DNA from: Candidatus Baldrarchaeota archaeon
Lineage (GTDB): Archaea; Asgardarchaeota; Baldrarchaeia; Baldrarchaeales; DXJG01
NCBI GenBank assembly: GCA_019056805.1
Contig: DXJG01000004.1
Location: forward strand, 30,001 to 62,000
Direction of reading: 5' to 3'
Length of the DNA stretch: 32,000 nucleotides
The notes under the pieces were generated by a model. That model searched no databases. It saw only the letters and a program-made list of their open reading frames with translations, and was not told the origin of the DNA. Numbering within the stretch: the first letter of the stretch is position 1; each line of letters starts with the position of its first letter. The translations under genes and the position numbers were made by a program. Shown here one piece after another: positions 10,010 through 19,388 of this stretch.

Positions 10010-11272
10010 TTATGGAGTGAATTTTGGGAGTACCTTTGCTGCTTCTGGCATTACAAGTATTTTTGCATCTCTACCTTTCTTTGCAAAGGCCATTTCTAAG
10101 GCTTCATCTAAGTTTTTTGCTGGTTCCAGTCTGAAAGTGTTTTTTACTTCTTTTGGGTTCATTTTTGAAATCAAAATTATGTCTGCTTTTTCTTTTGCTT
10201 TTAAGAGGTAGTATGCTTTATGGCCGCCTAATCTGAAGTTGTTTTTTATTTCTTTTTCCATTTCTTCTGCGGTCTGGTATTTTTTCATCCATTCGTAGAA
10301 GACTTTGTGTCCATGTCCATCTCTACATTCAGCAGCAACCACTAATACTCCCCCAGGTTTCACTACTCTTAGGGCTGAATCTATTGCTTTGTAGGCTTGG
10401 TAGAGGTCTATGTCGGTGGGATATCCTCCTGCACTTACCAAAACTATATCTGCTAGTTTATCTACTTTCACTTTGTATATTTGGTCTACAAGTTTTACTC
10501 CTTGCATAAATGCCTCCTCTAAGTCTCCTGCAAAAGCTTTTACAATTTCTTTTTTGTGATTCATTACTATATTTACTATAAATTGGGGGTTTGCCATTTT
10601 TGCTGCTTCTGTCATGTCGAGATGTACAGGGTTTCCATCTAGGTTTCCTGTGGTTGCTTTTGGATGTGTTAGCATGGCATGATTATGTCTTATTGTTTCC
10701 ATACCGCTAATTGCTGGTAATACGCTTTTTCTTCCTCCTCCATATCCTGCATAGTAATGTAAACATACGTCTCCTGTCAATATTCTTACATTTGAATCAT
10801 GGAAGACTTTGTTGATGTAGACTTTTGTTTTATAGCTTGTTTCCCCGATATATACAAGGTCTTCGCTATTTGCATCATGTGGTAGCCAATTAACTCTTTC
10901 CAAAATTTCTTTCCCAAGTAGGTTTTCTGCTTCATCTTCTCTAATTTTTCTATGTGAGCCATGGCCAATAATTAATGTTATATTTTCATCGGGTATTCCA
11001 ATTTTATTTAGGTGGTCTAAGAGAGGTTTTATAATAATTTTACTTTTTATAGGTCTTGTATGATCATCAACAACAATAGAAACCGTATCACCCGGTTTTG
11101 CAATCTTATCTAATGTAGGGGTTCTTATAGGGTTTAAAATAGCTCTTAAAACTTCATCTTCTGGGTTTTCAACACCCTTAACAAAATTTGGATTAATAAT
11201 TCCAATAAGATTTTTATCAGGGATATCGATGTTCAAAGATGTTTCTCCATACTTCAATGCTATTTCAGTCAT
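10010..11272 (-). CDS. larA: Nickel-pincer-dependent lactate racemase family protein
   Basis: VDDHTRP, GHGSHR, HYYAGYGGGRKSVLPAI, NHAML, SAGGYPTDIDLYQAYKA, ECRDGHG motifs; substrate may not be lactate. Confidence 0.9.
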   Translation of the reverse strand: MTEIALKYGETSLNIDIPDKNLIGIINPNFVKGVENPEDEVLRAILNPIRTPTLDKIAKPGDTVSIVVDDHTRPIKSKIIIKPLLDHLNKIGIPDENITLIIGHGSHRKIREDEAENLLGKEILERVNWLPHDANSEDLVYIGETSYKTKVYINKVFHDSNVRILTGDVCLHYYAGYGGGRKSVLPAISGMETIRHNHAMLTHPKATTGNLDGNPVHLDMTEAAKMANPQFIVNIVMNHKKEIVKAFAGDLEEAFMQGVKLVDQIYKVKVDKLADIVLVSAGGYPTDIDLYQAYKAIDSALRVVKPGGVLVVAAECRDGHGHKVFYEWMKKYQTAEEMEKEIKNNFRLGGHKAYYLLKAKEKADIILISKMNPKEVKNTFRLEPAKNLDEALEMAFAKKGRDAKILVMPEAAKVLPKFTP

Positions 11273-11463
11273 CTTTACATCCTCCTACATGAAAATTCAA
11301 ATCACAAAAACCATTAAACTTCAAGTACAATGGTTACCAACAAAAAGAAAGGTATATTATTAAAACTTACCTCTACCTACTATTTTTTCCCTCTAAAAAG
11401 ATAGGAAGGTAAATTTTGCCACAAATTCCTCAACATTTTATCATAGTCTCAATGGTAAGTTGC

Positions 11464-12537
11464 TTAATTTTTAGACTTCATCAAATTCTTTATATGATAT
11501 AAACTTAGACGAGTATCCCTTAGCATTGCTCTTTTCACAATTAATTCTTTTTGCAACAATATTTTTAACGCGTTTCGAACAGTTCTTCTAGGTAACAACG
11601 TTTTTTCCGCAATTTCCTTTTGGGTCATAGGACCTTCGTATTCAAGTACCTTTAAAACAAGTTTTGCACTTGGAGGAAGGCTTTCCTTCTCTTCCCATTG
11701 TCTTACCTTCATATACAATTTTTCTTTTAATGGAGTAAAAACTCCTTCACTTAACTTAACAAATAATGCACTATATTTGGATTTCTTTATTCTAACAGTT
11801 TCTTCTTCAATATTTCTTCTAATTCTTCCATCTAAAATTATTTCACATGTAACTGGACTCTCAATTTCATCTATAATAATCTCTCTATTATCAGATACGA
11901 CAAGAGGTCTTCTAGCTTGATTTAAACTGTTTACTGGAACCACTACTAATACTGGTGTATCATATGTAACTACGGGACCTCCTGCACTAAGTGCGTAAGC
12001 TGTGGAACCTGAAGGTGTTGAAACTATTACACCGTCAGCACTATCTCTCCACATAAACTCCTCATTTATTTTAAGGGTGTAGTGAATTAGTGTTGCGCTT
12101 CTTTTAGCGAAAATTGCAATTTCATTTAATACTGGCGGTGATTTTTCACCATCTACTTCAGCTTCTATTCTAGACCTTTCCTCAACCTTCCATTTTCCCT
12201 CTAAAATATTATCAATATAAGTGTCAAAATTTGTAGTGCTTGTTTCAGCGAGAAAACCTAGGTTTCCAGGCGTTCTAACGCCTAATAAGGGTATTTGTTT
12301 ATCTTTAAGTTCTAATAGTGTTTTTAATATAACTCCGTCATCTCCAACGCAAATTAACATATCTGCATCAATATCTTTAATAGGTCTTCCTTTTAAACCG
12401 ATTTTTTTAGCTAATTTTTCTTCTACAACAATTTCTGTGCCCTTAGATTTCAAAGTACTTACTATTTTCTTTGCATAACTGGTAAATTGACGCTTTTTAA
12501 CGTCAGTTGTAACACCGAAAAGCATCTTATAATCCAC
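11464..12537 (-). CDS. nadK: NAD(+) kinase-family domain fused to a C-terminal winged-helix DNA-binding domain
   Basis: GNLGFL, LNEIAI, DGVIVSTPSGSTAYALSAGGP (NAD kinase); GGDG motif reads GDDG; C-terminal LPPSAKLVLKVLEYEGPMTQKEIAEKTLLPRRTVRNAL wHTH. Confidence 0.85.
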   Translation of the reverse strand: MDYKMLFGVTTDVKKRQFTSYAKKIVSTLKSKGTEIVVEEKLAKKIGLKGRPIKDIDADMLICVGDDGVILKTLLELKDKQIPLLGVRTPGNLGFLAETSTTNFDTYIDNILEGKWKVEERSRIEAEVDGEKSPPVLNEIAIFAKRSATLIHYTLKINEEFMWRDSADGVIVSTPSGSTAYALSAGGPVVTYDTPVLVVVPVNSLNQARRPLVVSDNREIIIDEIESPVTCEIILDGRIRRNIEEETVRIKKSKYSALFVKLSEGVFTPLKEKLYMKVRQWEEKESLPPSAKLVLKVLEYEGPMTQKEIAEKTLLPRRTVRNALKILLQKELIVKRAMLRDTRLSLYHIKNLMKSKN

Positions 12538-12702
12538 CTATAGTTGAGTTGCTATTTCATTATCCAAGTTATAGGAAATTTTTGCCCATAAATGTTTTCA
12601 GAGTTGAAATTTTGCCTTCTCCCAAAAATTTATTGACCCAAGCAATATAGTAGAGAGAAAAACGCCAAATTTTATAACCTAGATTTTAAGAGGGATTTAA
12701 CA

Positions 12703-13629
12703 ATGCGAGAACAGCATATCAGAAAGCTTCAAAGAGAAATTGAGAAATTGAAAGAAGAAAAGAACGCAGTACTACTTGTTCATAACTATCAAAGACCAGA
12801 AATACAGGAGGTAGCTGACTATCTCGGAGATAGCCTTGGACTCGCAAAAAAGGCTAAAGAAACCAAAGCTGATATCATAGTTTTCTGTGGCGTTGATTTC
12901 ATGGCAGAAACAGCCTGCATACTAAATCCTGATAAAAAAGTTATAATACCCACCCTCGAAGCTCGCTGCCCCATGGCTGCTCAGCTACCCGCAGAATTAG
13001 TGAAAAAGGCGAAGGAAGTTAATCCAGAAGCACCATTCATAACCTATGTTAACACTCTCGCAGAAGCCAAGGCGGAAGCAGATGTTTGCTGTACTTCAGC
13101 AAATGCTCCTCAAATAGCTTCAGCCCTAAAAAGAAATCCCGTGCTAATGGGTCCAGATAGAAACCTAGCATGGTTTACAGAAAAAGAGACCGGTGTAAAA
13201 GTGATACCAATACCTCAAAACGGATACTGTTATGTTCATAAAAAATTTGATGCCGCTGATATCATATTCTTAAAGGAAGAGCACCCTGATGCTGTTGTAG
13301 TCGTACATCCTGAATGTGACCCTGAAGTTCAACGTTTAGCAGACTTCGTTGGTTCAACAAGCCAAATGGTAAAATTCGCGCATGAAACTGATGCAGAGAA
13401 GATCATAATAGGTACTGAAATAGGCTTAATTGATAGACTTAAACGCGAACTTCCAGACAAAACATTCATACCAGCGAACAAGGAAGCCATTTGCATCCAA
13501 ATGAAAAAGAATACGCTACAAAAAGTGAGAGATGCTCTACTCTACGAAAAACCTGTTGTTAAACTTCCCGAAGAGATTGCCAAAAAAGCCGAACGATCAA
13601 TTATACGTATGTTTGAACTAATGAAATAA
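12703..13629 (+). CDS. nadA: Quinolinate synthase
   Basis: [51 protein letters not shown] motifs including the Fe-S cysteines. Confidence 0.97.
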   Translation: MREQHIRKLQREIEKLKEEKNAVLLVHNYQRPEIQEVADYLGDSLGLAKKAKETKADIIVFCGVDFMAETACILNPDKKVIIPTLEARCPMAAQLPAELVKKAKEVNPEAPFITYVNTLAEAKAEADVCCTSANAPQIASALKRNPVLMGPDRNLAWFTEKETGVKVIPIPQNGYCYVHKKFDAADIIFLKEEHPDAVVVVHPECDPEVQRLADFVGSTSQMVKFAHETDAEKIIIGTEIGLIDRLKRELPDKTFIPANKEAICIQMKKNTLQKVRDALLYEKPVVKLPEEIAKKAERSIIRMFELMK

Positions 13630-13673
13630 CTATAATACACGGCTAAACTAATTTTCATAAGAGGATTTGTGTG

Positions 13674-14251
13674 TTATAGTTTTCTAGACATAAATATTTC
13701 ATGTATATATCCATTTTGAAGCCAACCTGGGATTTTTCCATGCTCAGTAAAGCCAAATTTTTTGTATAATTTGATTCCCGCAGGATTTGTCTCAAATACA
13801 GATAGATAAAGTAACCTTAGATGCAATCTTTTCGCCAGTAATATAGCATTTTCCATTAGAAGAGACCCAGCACCCAAACCATGATATCTTTCATCAACAA
13901 ACATGCCAATGCCGCCCACACCTTTTAAAACATCTTGATTATATGGTTCTACAGATAAGAACCCTATCGGCAACCCCTTTTTCTCATCTATACATGTCAA
14001 TGTATAGACTTCTCTTTTCGTTAAACTCTCCCAAATCCATTTTTTATCCACATAAACGAGACCTTCAAACACTCCCCGTCCCATAGTTCTAAACACATTA
14101 AACTCGTTAAATATTTCCTCAAACACGCTTAAATCTTCGTATCTTAGCCCACGAACTTTAAACGAGTACTCTTTTACCTTCTCCACTTTTCTTAACGGAT
14201 ATAACTCCTCTGACACGTAATTTCTAGCAACATTAAATTTATACTTGTCAC
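13674..14251 (-). pseudogene. 3' part (C-terminal GNAT domain) of a tandem GNAT acetyltransferase gene interrupted by the IS
   Basis: GMFVDERYHGLGAGSLL acetyl-CoA motif, NPAGIKLYKKFGF; frame stays open from 14216 up to the IS left junction at 14251. Confidence 0.8.
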
Positions 14252-14267
14252 AGTTTCTACCGCCAAG

Positions 14268-14291
14268 GAAGCCCAGAACTTTAGTTCTGGG
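14268..14291 (+). repeat. IS left-end guide (GAAG) and hairpin CCCAGAACT-TT-AGTTCTGGG
   Basis: Perfect 9-bp inverted repeat 14272-14291, enclosed by an outer CCGCCAA/TTGGCGG pair (14260-14266 / 14297-14303). Confidence 0.85.
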
Positions 14292-14344
14292 AGGAATTGG
14301 CGGAAGTTATTTATATCTTTAACTACCACACTAATACGGTGCAG

Positions 14345-15571
14345 ATGGTTGAGAGAGAAGTTGTTAAAGCTCTGAAACTCAATCTACTTCCCCCATCAAA
14401 GAATAAGGAACGCTTGTTATCTGAGTTATTTAGCTCTGTTGCTGCTTGCTGTAACGAGATTCTTTCAATTGCCAAATCCAAATCTCCTAAAAACTTTGCC
14501 ATTCTACACAACACCTCCTATCCTATTATTAGACAAAAATACAGTTTGCACTCCCAAATCCTCATTGATTGCATCCATCAAGTTTGGGAGAACTTGAAGA
14601 CATGCAAGAAGTTTAACCAAGTTCCAATTAGATTCAACATTCCTCGTAGTGGAAAATTCAGCAAAACAAAGCGTGGTAACCCTGTCGTTGTCTTTGCATC
14701 GTTTAACGGCAATGGTAGAATTGCATTGCCCATCAAGCAGGATGGAGCTTATAATCGCTTTATCGAGCACATCAACAATGGCTGGAAGTGCACTCAGTTC
14801 AGATTGCATAAACAGAATGGGCATTACGTTGTCATTGCCAATCTGAGAAAGAAGTTTGAAGTTAAGCAGAATTATCAAGCTGTTGTGGGTGTTGATGTTA
14901 ACAGCGGTAGCTTCGCTTTGACGGCTCTGAGAGCCGATGGTAAAATTCTCAAACAACTTTATCTTGGTAGAGATATATGGCACAAGCAGTGGAAGTTTAT
15001 GAAGAGAAGGAGCAAGCTTAGGAGTTATGCAGACAAGGGAAGTAAAAGGGCACGGCGTGCCCTTAAAAGGATAAAGTGTGATGAAAGGAACTTTGTAACA
15101 ACGAGGATATGGCAAATTAGTCATGAAATTGTTGAGATAGCAATTAGATACGATGCAGTTATAGCCATCGAGAAACTCAAGAACCTCAGAAAGAGGAATG
15201 GTAAGGGGAGAAAACCTAAGAGAGCTAACAGGAAGATACATAGAATTCCATTCGCCAAGTTCAGGATTACCATTCAATCTGTGGCATGGCAGAATGGGAT
15301 TGATGTTGTTGAAGTGCCAGCAGTGAGAACATCGCAGAAGTGTCCGAGGTGTGGCTACACGAGCAGGAAAAATTGGGTTTTCTTCGACAACAAGAGAAAG
15401 CTGTTTAGGTGTTGTAGATGTGGGTTTGAGTGCAATCCAGATAGAACTGCCTCCCTTAACATAGCAACTCTGGCTCTGGAGCGGGGCATAGGCTTTTCTA
15501 AAGCCATCTGCACCCCAGCCCCAGTGTTCCAGAGCTGGCGGGGAAGTCAGCCCCCGTGTCCGGCTCGATGA
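14345..15571 (+). CDS. tnpB: RNA-guided endonuclease TnpB
   Basis: RuvC I VVGVDVN, RuvC II IAIEKL, Zn finger CPRCG/CCRCG, RuvC III NPDRTASLNI; catalytic D-E-D present; ATG 14345 preferred over TTG 14297, which lies in the left-end stem. Confidence 0.95.
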   Translation: MVEREVVKALKLNLLPPSKNKERLLSELFSSVAACCNEILSIAKSKSPKNFAILHNTSYPIIRQKYSLHSQILIDCIHQVWENLKTCKKFNQVPIRFNIPRSGKFSKTKRGNPVVVFASFNGNGRIALPIKQDGAYNRFIEHINNGWKCTQFRLHKQNGHYVVIANLRKKFEVKQNYQAVVGVDVNSGSFALTALRADGKILKQLYLGRDIWHKQWKFMKRRSKLRSYADKGSKRARRALKRIKCDERNFVTTRIWQISHEIVEIAIRYDAVIAIEKLKNLRKRNGKGRKPKRANRKIHRIPFAKFRITIQSVAWQNGIDVVEVPAVRTSQKCPRCGYTSRKNWVFFDNKRKLFRCCRCGFECNPDRTASLNIATLALERGIGFSKAICTPAPVFQSWRGSQPPCPAR

Positions 15572-15650
15572 GGTTAGATGGCATCGCTAAAACTGAGAGC
15601 AAGCTCCCGTCTTTAGACGGGAGAAGCTGACGTAAATCCAGATACAATAT
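15473..15650 (+). ncRNA. Predicted TnpB omega/reRNA: scaffold overlapping tnpB 3' end and right end, guide from the flank starting 15632
   Basis: Visible complementary segments: GCTCTGGA/TCCAGAGC (15473-80/15528-35), GGCTTT/AAAGCC (15491-15505), GCCATCT/AGATGGC (15503-09/15576-82), right-end hairpin; exact RNA ends unknown. Confidence 0.6.
15600..15631 (+). repeat. IS right-end guide (CAAG), hairpin CTCCCGTCT-TT-AGACGGGAG and terminal TGAC
   Basis: Perfect 9-bp inverted repeat 15604-15623 with the same loop as the left end. Confidence 0.88.
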
Positions 15651-16079
15651 AACCATAGGATAGAGCTGTCTATCATAAGAAACCATGTCCGGAATTTCTG
15701 CAGCAACTTTAAACCCCAAATTTTTGAGACAATTAATTATTTTCTGCTCATATCCGTAAATTGTCGTTCTAATGAACAATTTCTCATTAACAATTGCCTT
15801 TCTCATCACAAATTTTAAGAGATCTTCAAGATACTCTGTGCTTTCAATGATAAATCGTAGAAACCCTGTAGGAGCTGTTTTTTCAGTCCCAGAAATATAA
15901 GAGAAAACTCCCACAATATCATTATCTGAAAGGAGCAAGTAGGAGGAAGAAGGCCTAAAATAACGTTCAACTATACCTTTAGTAACGGGTAAAACAAACC
16001 CAAGCTGCTCTGGATGCAAGTTTACAAAATCCACAGCATCATCAACCAACTTTTCCATACTTACAACTTTAATAACCAT
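15632..16079 (-). pseudogene. 5' part (degenerate N-terminal GNAT-like domain) of the IS-interrupted tandem GNAT gene
   Basis: LKNLGFKVAAEIPDMV...YPMVILYLDL GNAT-type ending; joins 14251-13674 in frame; ATG 16079 after GGAGATGA; the last 44 codons of track ORF 15498-16100 are IS sequence. Confidence 0.7.
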
Positions 16080-16427
16080 CTTAATCATCTCCCAATTCAC
16101 TTTGATTAAATTATATTCATAACAACGTAAATTACCCTTATTATGATGTTAAGTGTAGAGACATGCACAAACCTAAATATAAGTTTGGACAAAAAAAGTA
16201 GACTAAAAATTTACTACGTTACCGAGAGTGTTGAGTTTGAATTATCCAATCCACCAACCATATAGAATTAATAAAGAAATACGAACCATCACTCACTAAA
16301 AAACTCTCACCTAATGTGCATGGAATGCCAAAAAACATGTAAATACGGAAAAGAAAAACGTTAAAATTAAGTTTAAAAATTGAAGAGCAGGACTTTGAAA
16401 TAAAGCTATTTTTGAAAAATTATAAAA

Positions 16428-17846
16428 TTAGAGGTTGTTTGGTCTGAACATTGTTTTTACAGGTGGTGGATTTGCTATTATTGATTCAAATTCCTGTTTG
16501 ATTTCTTCTGGTATACGTGATGGAAGTGTGAATCCATGTTCCCTATCAAGGGCATATTCATAGAGCAATGTTTTGTATGCTACTTGTAATGGGCGAATCA
16601 TCATGTAAGCTGGTATAAACCCGAATATTAAGAAGCCGATAGCAGTCAATATACCCGCTACAACCACCAAGTCTCCCGAGATTCCCATTATCGGAACTAA
16701 CAAAAATACTCCAATGAGGTAGCCAGTGACGCCATATAGTAACACCATAATTAATACGAAGAACGCATAAACGCCACCTACAGCACTCATGTAAATAATA
16801 ACGTCAATGAAATGCTTAGTTATCAAGTTCCAAGATCTTTTAACAGCTTCTTTAAACTTTTTACCCTCTATAATCATTGCTGGCAAAGCAAAAAATGTTA
16901 CAAACTGAGCAAGCCCATATGCCATTGCAGATGCTATTTTAAAGAAGATTATACCAATAATCATCAAGGGATTCCTTCTGGCTCTTTCCATTCTGATGCT
17001 TCGAGCGTACCTTGCTACGGTATCCAGGAGCGCCATTATGAAACCAAGCTTGATTATAGGGTTTACAACTTTTAATACACGTTTCGTTCCCTTTGAAAGC
17101 CACGCTCGATCCTCAGATGGACTCCTAAACCAATCGTCAACAATCGCCACAATTATTCCATTTGAAAAATACATTGCTGCGTAAATAACCCATGCATAGA
17201 TTAAAACATAAAGAAATGTTAGAACACCGCCAATCGTTTCGGAATCAAAGTAAGAAGTAGATACAGAATATATCCACATTGTCCCCGCAACTCCGATTAT
17301 AGCCGATATGAAAGCAAATATTGAAAAGACCAATGATACACCAATTGTCTCAGGTTCGTCGCTGACAGCTTTTGCTGAAAGTTCTATTAAACTGCCAGCA
17401 AGATAAATTCGTTTTCGCCAATGAATAACTAAAGCTAAAAATAGTATTCCGAGAACTATGAAGATTGCTGCAAGCACTAAAATTCGAAGAAAAATTGTCA
17501 ATGCCCCTATGAAGAGAAGAACTATGGGACCTGAGAAGAAGAGAAATACCGTGATTTCTCGTCCGATCTTCGCTATTAACTTTAGTATGAGAATCATTAA
17601 AATGATTGTAACTGAGAGTAGAGAAAGTATAAGTATAGCTATTAATCTTGAATTCGCCATAATAACATTCCAAAACGCGCCTAAAAACTGTATTAAAATG
17701 GCAACTGCTAAAGGGTTCTGCATTATTACGCTAATAATCGCGTAGATTCCAACACCATATAAGATAACCATTGCAAGGATAAGAAGCACAGTAGGAACAT
17801 TTGACACTTCCTCCTCAGTATTTGGAGAATATTCTTGACGATTCAT
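16428..17846 (-). CDS. Multi-pass membrane protein resembling the choline transporter-like (CTL/SLC44/PNS1) family
   Basis: About 10 TM; WRKRIYLAGSLIELSAKAV, VAIVDDWF and FALPAMIIEGKKFKEAVKRSWNLI segments recall CTL motifs; family call from memory only. Confidence 0.55.
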   Translation of the reverse strand: MNRQEYSPNTEEEVSNVPTVLLILAMVILYGVGIYAIISVIMQNPLAVAILIQFLGAFWNVIMANSRLIAILILSLLSVTIILMILILKLIAKIGREITVFLFFSGPIVLLFIGALTIFLRILVLAAIFIVLGILFLALVIHWRKRIYLAGSLIELSAKAVSDEPETIGVSLVFSIFAFISAIIGVAGTMWIYSVSTSYFDSETIGGVLTFLYVLIYAWVIYAAMYFSNGIIVAIVDDWFRSPSEDRAWLSKGTKRVLKVVNPIIKLGFIMALLDTVARYARSIRMERARRNPLMIIGIIFFKIASAMAYGLAQFVTFFALPAMIIEGKKFKEAVKRSWNLITKHFIDVIIYMSAVGGVYAFFVLIMVLLYGVTGYLIGVFLLVPIMGISGDLVVVAGILTAIGFLIFGFIPAYMMIRPLQVAYKTLLYEYALDREHGFTLPSRIPEEIKQEFESIIANPPPVKTMFRPNNL

Positions 17847-17976
17847 TTCATCACATCCAATTCACATGAAACATTTCTCCTAGGACAATAAACACTTTAT
17901 GAAAAAGTATTTTAAAGTATCTTATAATGAAATTTTGGTAATAAAGAAGTTGACCGCCTCAAAGGGGCTGTAAATC

Positions 17977-18705
17977 TTGAAACTCTTAATCAGCGTTACA
18001 AATAAAGATGAAGCTATAGAAGCAGTTCTCGGCGAAGCTGACATTATCGATGTTAAGAATCCAGCCGAAGGTTCTCTTGGAGCACATTTCCCAAGAATTA
18101 TAAGATCAATTAGAGAGGTCGTACCCAGGGAATTTGAGATTAGTGCTGCTATAGGAGATGTTCCTAATCTCCCTGGCACGGTTTCCCTAGCAGCTCTTGG
18201 AGCCGCTGTATGCGAAGTAGACTACGTGAAATTGGGAATGTATGGCCCTAAAAACTTTGATTCCGCTCTTTTCCTCGCTAAAGAAGTATGTAGAGCTGTT
18301 AAAGAAACAATGCCAAACGTTAAGGTCGTAATTGCTGGTTACGCTGACTATCAACGAGCGGGCTGCCTTGACCCCATGTTAATACCGGAAATTGTTAGAC
18401 GAGCAGAGGCGGATGTAGCAATGATAGACACCAAGATCAAGGACGGGAAAAAGATTTTTTCGTTTCTAAATGATCAGCAGCTTTTGTCATTCATAGATAA
18501 GGTTCATAATCATGGATTCATGGCAGCTATAGCTGGATCTCTAGGCAAGGAAGATGTAAAAAGAGTTTACGAGTTGGGGGCAGATGTCATAGGTTTTAGA
18601 AGTGCAGCATGTGTAGGTGATCGCGTTAAAGGAAAAGTTAAGAAAGAAAGGGTTTTAGAAATTAAGGAACAAATTAGAGCACTATCACATGCAAATTCTT
18701 TTTAG
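17977..18705 (+). CDS. mfnB: (5-formylfuran-3-yl)methyl phosphate synthase (DUF556)
   Basis: MKLLISV, ADIIDVKNPAEGSLGA, SAAIGD, MIDTKIKDGK, AGSL, GADVIGFRSAAC motifs. Confidence 0.93.
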   Translation: MKLLISVTNKDEAIEAVLGEADIIDVKNPAEGSLGAHFPRIIRSIREVVPREFEISAAIGDVPNLPGTVSLAALGAAVCEVDYVKLGMYGPKNFDSALFLAKEVCRAVKETMPNVKVVIAGYADYQRAGCLDPMLIPEIVRRAEADVAMIDTKIKDGKKIFSFLNDQQLLSFIDKVHNHGFMAAIAGSLGKEDVKRVYELGADVIGFRSAACVGDRVKGKVKKERVLEIKEQIRALSHANSF

Positions 18706-19367
18706 GCTTTAATGATAGTTGCTAATGGTTTCTCTCCTTCCAATATTTGTTTAATCCTTTCAGGATGTAATCCATTAACAACATAACAAGTTAATCCCTT
18801 TTCTAAAAGCAGAAATTTGGGCAAAAAGGTATCTATACATGTTTCTATATTCAATAGCTCTTTTGGTGTTATTTCTTTTAACATGAATGTTTCTGGATAC
18901 TTTTTAGGGTCTCTTGCAAAAATTCCATCAACATCTTTCACCAAAATCAGCCTTTTAATTTTTAACAATTTAGCTATGTACGCACTAATGGTATCTGAAG
19001 TAACGTCCCATGAAAAAGGAAGTTCATCTGAAGTAAAAAGTAAACGTGAAGGTAGAAAAATTGGCAGTCTTTTCTTTTTCCAAACCTCTCCTATCTCATC
19101 AAGCGTAAAAACAACTGTAGAGTTTGGAGTGATGTCAGCTAAAAGTAACCCATATTGATCCATGGCCAGTATAGCCATTCTATGCGAAGCTAAAGGAGAT
19201 AAACCATAAACCTTATCAACATTTCTTACCAAATCAGCAAACTTCCCTCCACCTGGCACTACAAGCATCTTATATTTTGCAGCAAGTTCCCCTAAATTAC
19301 TACATAGCTTTTCAAGCTCATTCCTATACCTTAGCAAGGATCCTCCAATTTTCACAACAAATTTCAA
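18702..19367 (-). CDS. mfnE: Amino-acid-kinase-family [5-(aminomethyl)furan-3-yl]methyl phosphate kinase
   Basis: VVKIGGSL, VPGGGKFADLVR, HRMAILAMDQYG, SWDVTSD, KDVDGI motifs; mfn context; TTG 19367 after GGTGA. Confidence 0.85.
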   Translation of the reverse strand: MKFVVKIGGSLLRYRNELEKLCSNLGELAAKYKMLVVPGGGKFADLVRNVDKVYGLSPLASHRMAILAMDQYGLLLADITPNSTVVFTLDEIGEVWKKKRLPIFLPSRLLFTSDELPFSWDVTSDTISAYIAKLLKIKRLILVKDVDGIFARDPKKYPETFMLKEITPKELLNIETCIDTFLPKFLLLEKGLTCYVVNGLHPERIKQILEGEKPLATIIKA

Positions 19368-19388
19368 ACATATCACCTTTTATTAATG

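Larger units (their letters stand above)
14252..15631 (+). mobile_element. IS200/IS605-family element, tnpB only (IS1341-like), 1380 bp, inserted 3' of TCAC
   Basis: Subterminal hairpins at both ends; GAAG guide at left hairpin foot matches upstream TCAC (14248-14251); CAAG guide at right hairpin foot matches terminal TGAC (15628-15631); removal restores host ORF; no tnpA. Confidence 0.9.

Noticed and set aside
14504-15277. 257-aa antisense ORF inside tnpB
   Set aside because: Fully overlaps a motif-complete tnpB on the other strand and has no recognisable domain; shadow ORF
15498-15631. C-terminal 44 codons of track ORF 15498-16100
   Set aside because: Read-through into the IS right end and omega RNA region, not part of the native protein
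14252-15631. IStron or self-splicing intron interpretation of the insertion
   Set aside because: No room or visible core for a group I intron; tnpB fills the element, which is antisense to the host gene
16100-16428. Short ORFs after an AGGTGAG on the minus strand of this intergenic region
   Set aside because: Poor RBS spacing, no conserved features, no second copy
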